Origin: Carcharhinus amblyrhynchos | Lineage: Eukaryota | Length of the DNA stretch: 64,000 nucleotides | Direction of reading: 5' to 3' | Assembly: GCA_965287045.1 (NCBI GenBank) | Contig: OZ336882.1 | Coordinates: 72,912,001 to 72,976,000 of the forward strand | Shown here: one piece after another, positions 62,601-64,000 of the stretch | Layout of the letters: every line of letters begins with the position of its first letter | Numbering within the stretch: position 1 is the stretch's first letter | Made by a program: the position numbers and the translations under genes | Notes under the pieces: model-generated | What the model was told of the DNA's origin: nothing | Database searches by the model: none | The model's input: the letters and a program-made list of their open reading frames with translations, nothing else

Positions 62601-64000
62601 CAAATTAAATGAAGTGCTGAAGCAGGCAATGTTGAAATCGGTAATTCAGGGTCACAGATTCCGGGTGACCATCCAATGACATTGATATAGGTGTCGATTT
62701 GCAGCATTACTTTGAACTAAGCCAGGTTTCCAAATCAGTCCGGATTGCTGACGACTTCCAGTCCAGCCTCCTCCCAGCTTTCCTTGTCTGATTCTCGTAT
62801 CACACTCCACATTTTCCTTCTCGCTCACATACCTATACAACTCTCTCCTCATTGCCCATTCACCTTAGCTTGGCATGGATTGAGAATTGTTCAGCAGGCT
62901 GAACCACAGGTGGGGATAAATGAATAATTTCGAAGTTACAGGCGGTGATTTTGGTGAGACCACGACAGAAGTATTGCGTGCAGTTTTGGCCTCATGATCT
63001 GAGAAAGGAGTGGAGCTAATTTACAACAGACTGATTTCTGGGAAAGCGTGATTCCAGTATGAGATGAGAATCAGTTGAATGTACATGCATTAGCTGTAAA
63101 TTAGAATAATTTGAAAATACAAATATATCTGACCTGTTTGGAAAGATTGGATGTTGGGATGCCATTTCGATGGCAGAGTGGGAAGGGGCTCAATAATAAG
63201 ATGTCACGACTTTCGTGCACTGGTGGGCCATTAACGATTGAGATGAGGAGAAAAGTCTTCACTCAGAGAGTGGTGAGCCTGCGGAATTCTCTACTACAGA
63301 TGATGGTGGTGGTAAATAAACTGAATATATTTAATAGCAACATGTAGGCAGACCAGAATAAGTTCAGGAGGTTGAAACCAGATAGGGTGGGATTTTCGTG
63401 TGAGGAGACGTTGAGCAGCTTGTGCCTGTTTAAAAGAATGAGAGACGACCTTATTGATACATATAATACTCATCGACCTTCTTGACACATATAAGGGGCT
63501 TGACAGGATGGATGCTGAAACAGTGGTTCTCCTTGTGGGACGGTCTTGCACTAAGGGGCATTATCTCAACGTAAGGGGTCGTCCGTTTCAGACAAAAGTG
63601 AGGTGTAATTTCTTCTTCCAGGAAATACTGAATCCATGGAACACTTCAATGCACGGGCTTATCGAGGCTGTCTCGTTAAATATACCCAAAGTTGAAAAAA
63701 AGCTCATTGTAAGAGGGCTTCAGTGCAGAAAAAAAAGATATCTGATTGGAGCTGTATATGGCTTTGTTGAAACCACAGCGGTGTTAGTGTTTAGTCGCTG
63801 CTATTAGCATCGCTATAAGATGAGCAACAGAGATGTTAAACAAACTTCAAAATAGTCATGTTAGAGACACATAACTATCAGCGAAAACAGCGTTAGGTTG
63901 TACCAGTCACATTTTTATTGAGTTAGCACCAAGGACAGAATCATTTAATGCCAATGCTGACACTTTTAAGCATTTTCTATCAAGCTTTTTTTTTGCGAAA
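59653..64000 (+). repeat. Tandem segmental unit D (partial; runs off the window before its GPCR)
   Basis: Colinear with unit A 18646-~23140; the last bases match acactttcaagcattttccataagctactttttt of unit A. Confidence 0.88.

Noticed and set aside
18646-64000. Tandem units as an assembly artefact (uncollapsed haplotypes)
   Set aside because: Four copies, roughly 10% divergence and private TE insertions with TSDs exceed what allelic duplication would give.
1-64000. Prokaryotic systems (CRISPR arrays, operons, defence islands)
   Set aside because: Spliceosomal introns and vertebrate SINE/LINE content; no regularly spaced short direct repeats seen.

Overview
Eukaryotic, repeat-rich vertebrate DNA. 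The HE1-type V-SINEs, SacSINE1-like DeuSINE and CR1/HER1-type LINEs point to a cartilaginous fish (shark); this is an inference. The window holds a head-to-tail cluster of two-exon class A GPCR genes of the GPR139/GPR142-like type. Gene 1 (6386-11271, 339 aa) is a divergent member. It is followed by a young tandem array of ~16-17 kb units carrying gene 2 (321 aa, C-tail frameshift), gene 3 (332 aa, intact) and gene 4 (pseudogene cut by an ~8.6 kb microhomology-flanked deletion), plus the upstream flank of a predicted gene 5 just past the window end. The short first exons are missing from the ORF track and were found by hand. Three signals stand out. (i) Differences between near-identical paralogs concentrate at canonical ligand-pocket positions. 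(ii) A forkhead + TAATTAAT + TATA promoter module is conserved between gene 1 and the array genes and has decayed only in the pseudogene. (iii) Birth-and-death turnover and mosaicism of the units are visible. Together these suggest a lineage-expanded, possibly chemosensory receptor family, which is a hypothesis not proven by sequence. Also present: a solo LTR with TSD, an internally deleted ERV (integrase + env TM with ISD) in three copies, a class III-like RT relic, a long imperfect palindrome, and many LINE/SINE relics. All alignments were done by eye; boundaries of old repeats are approximate.
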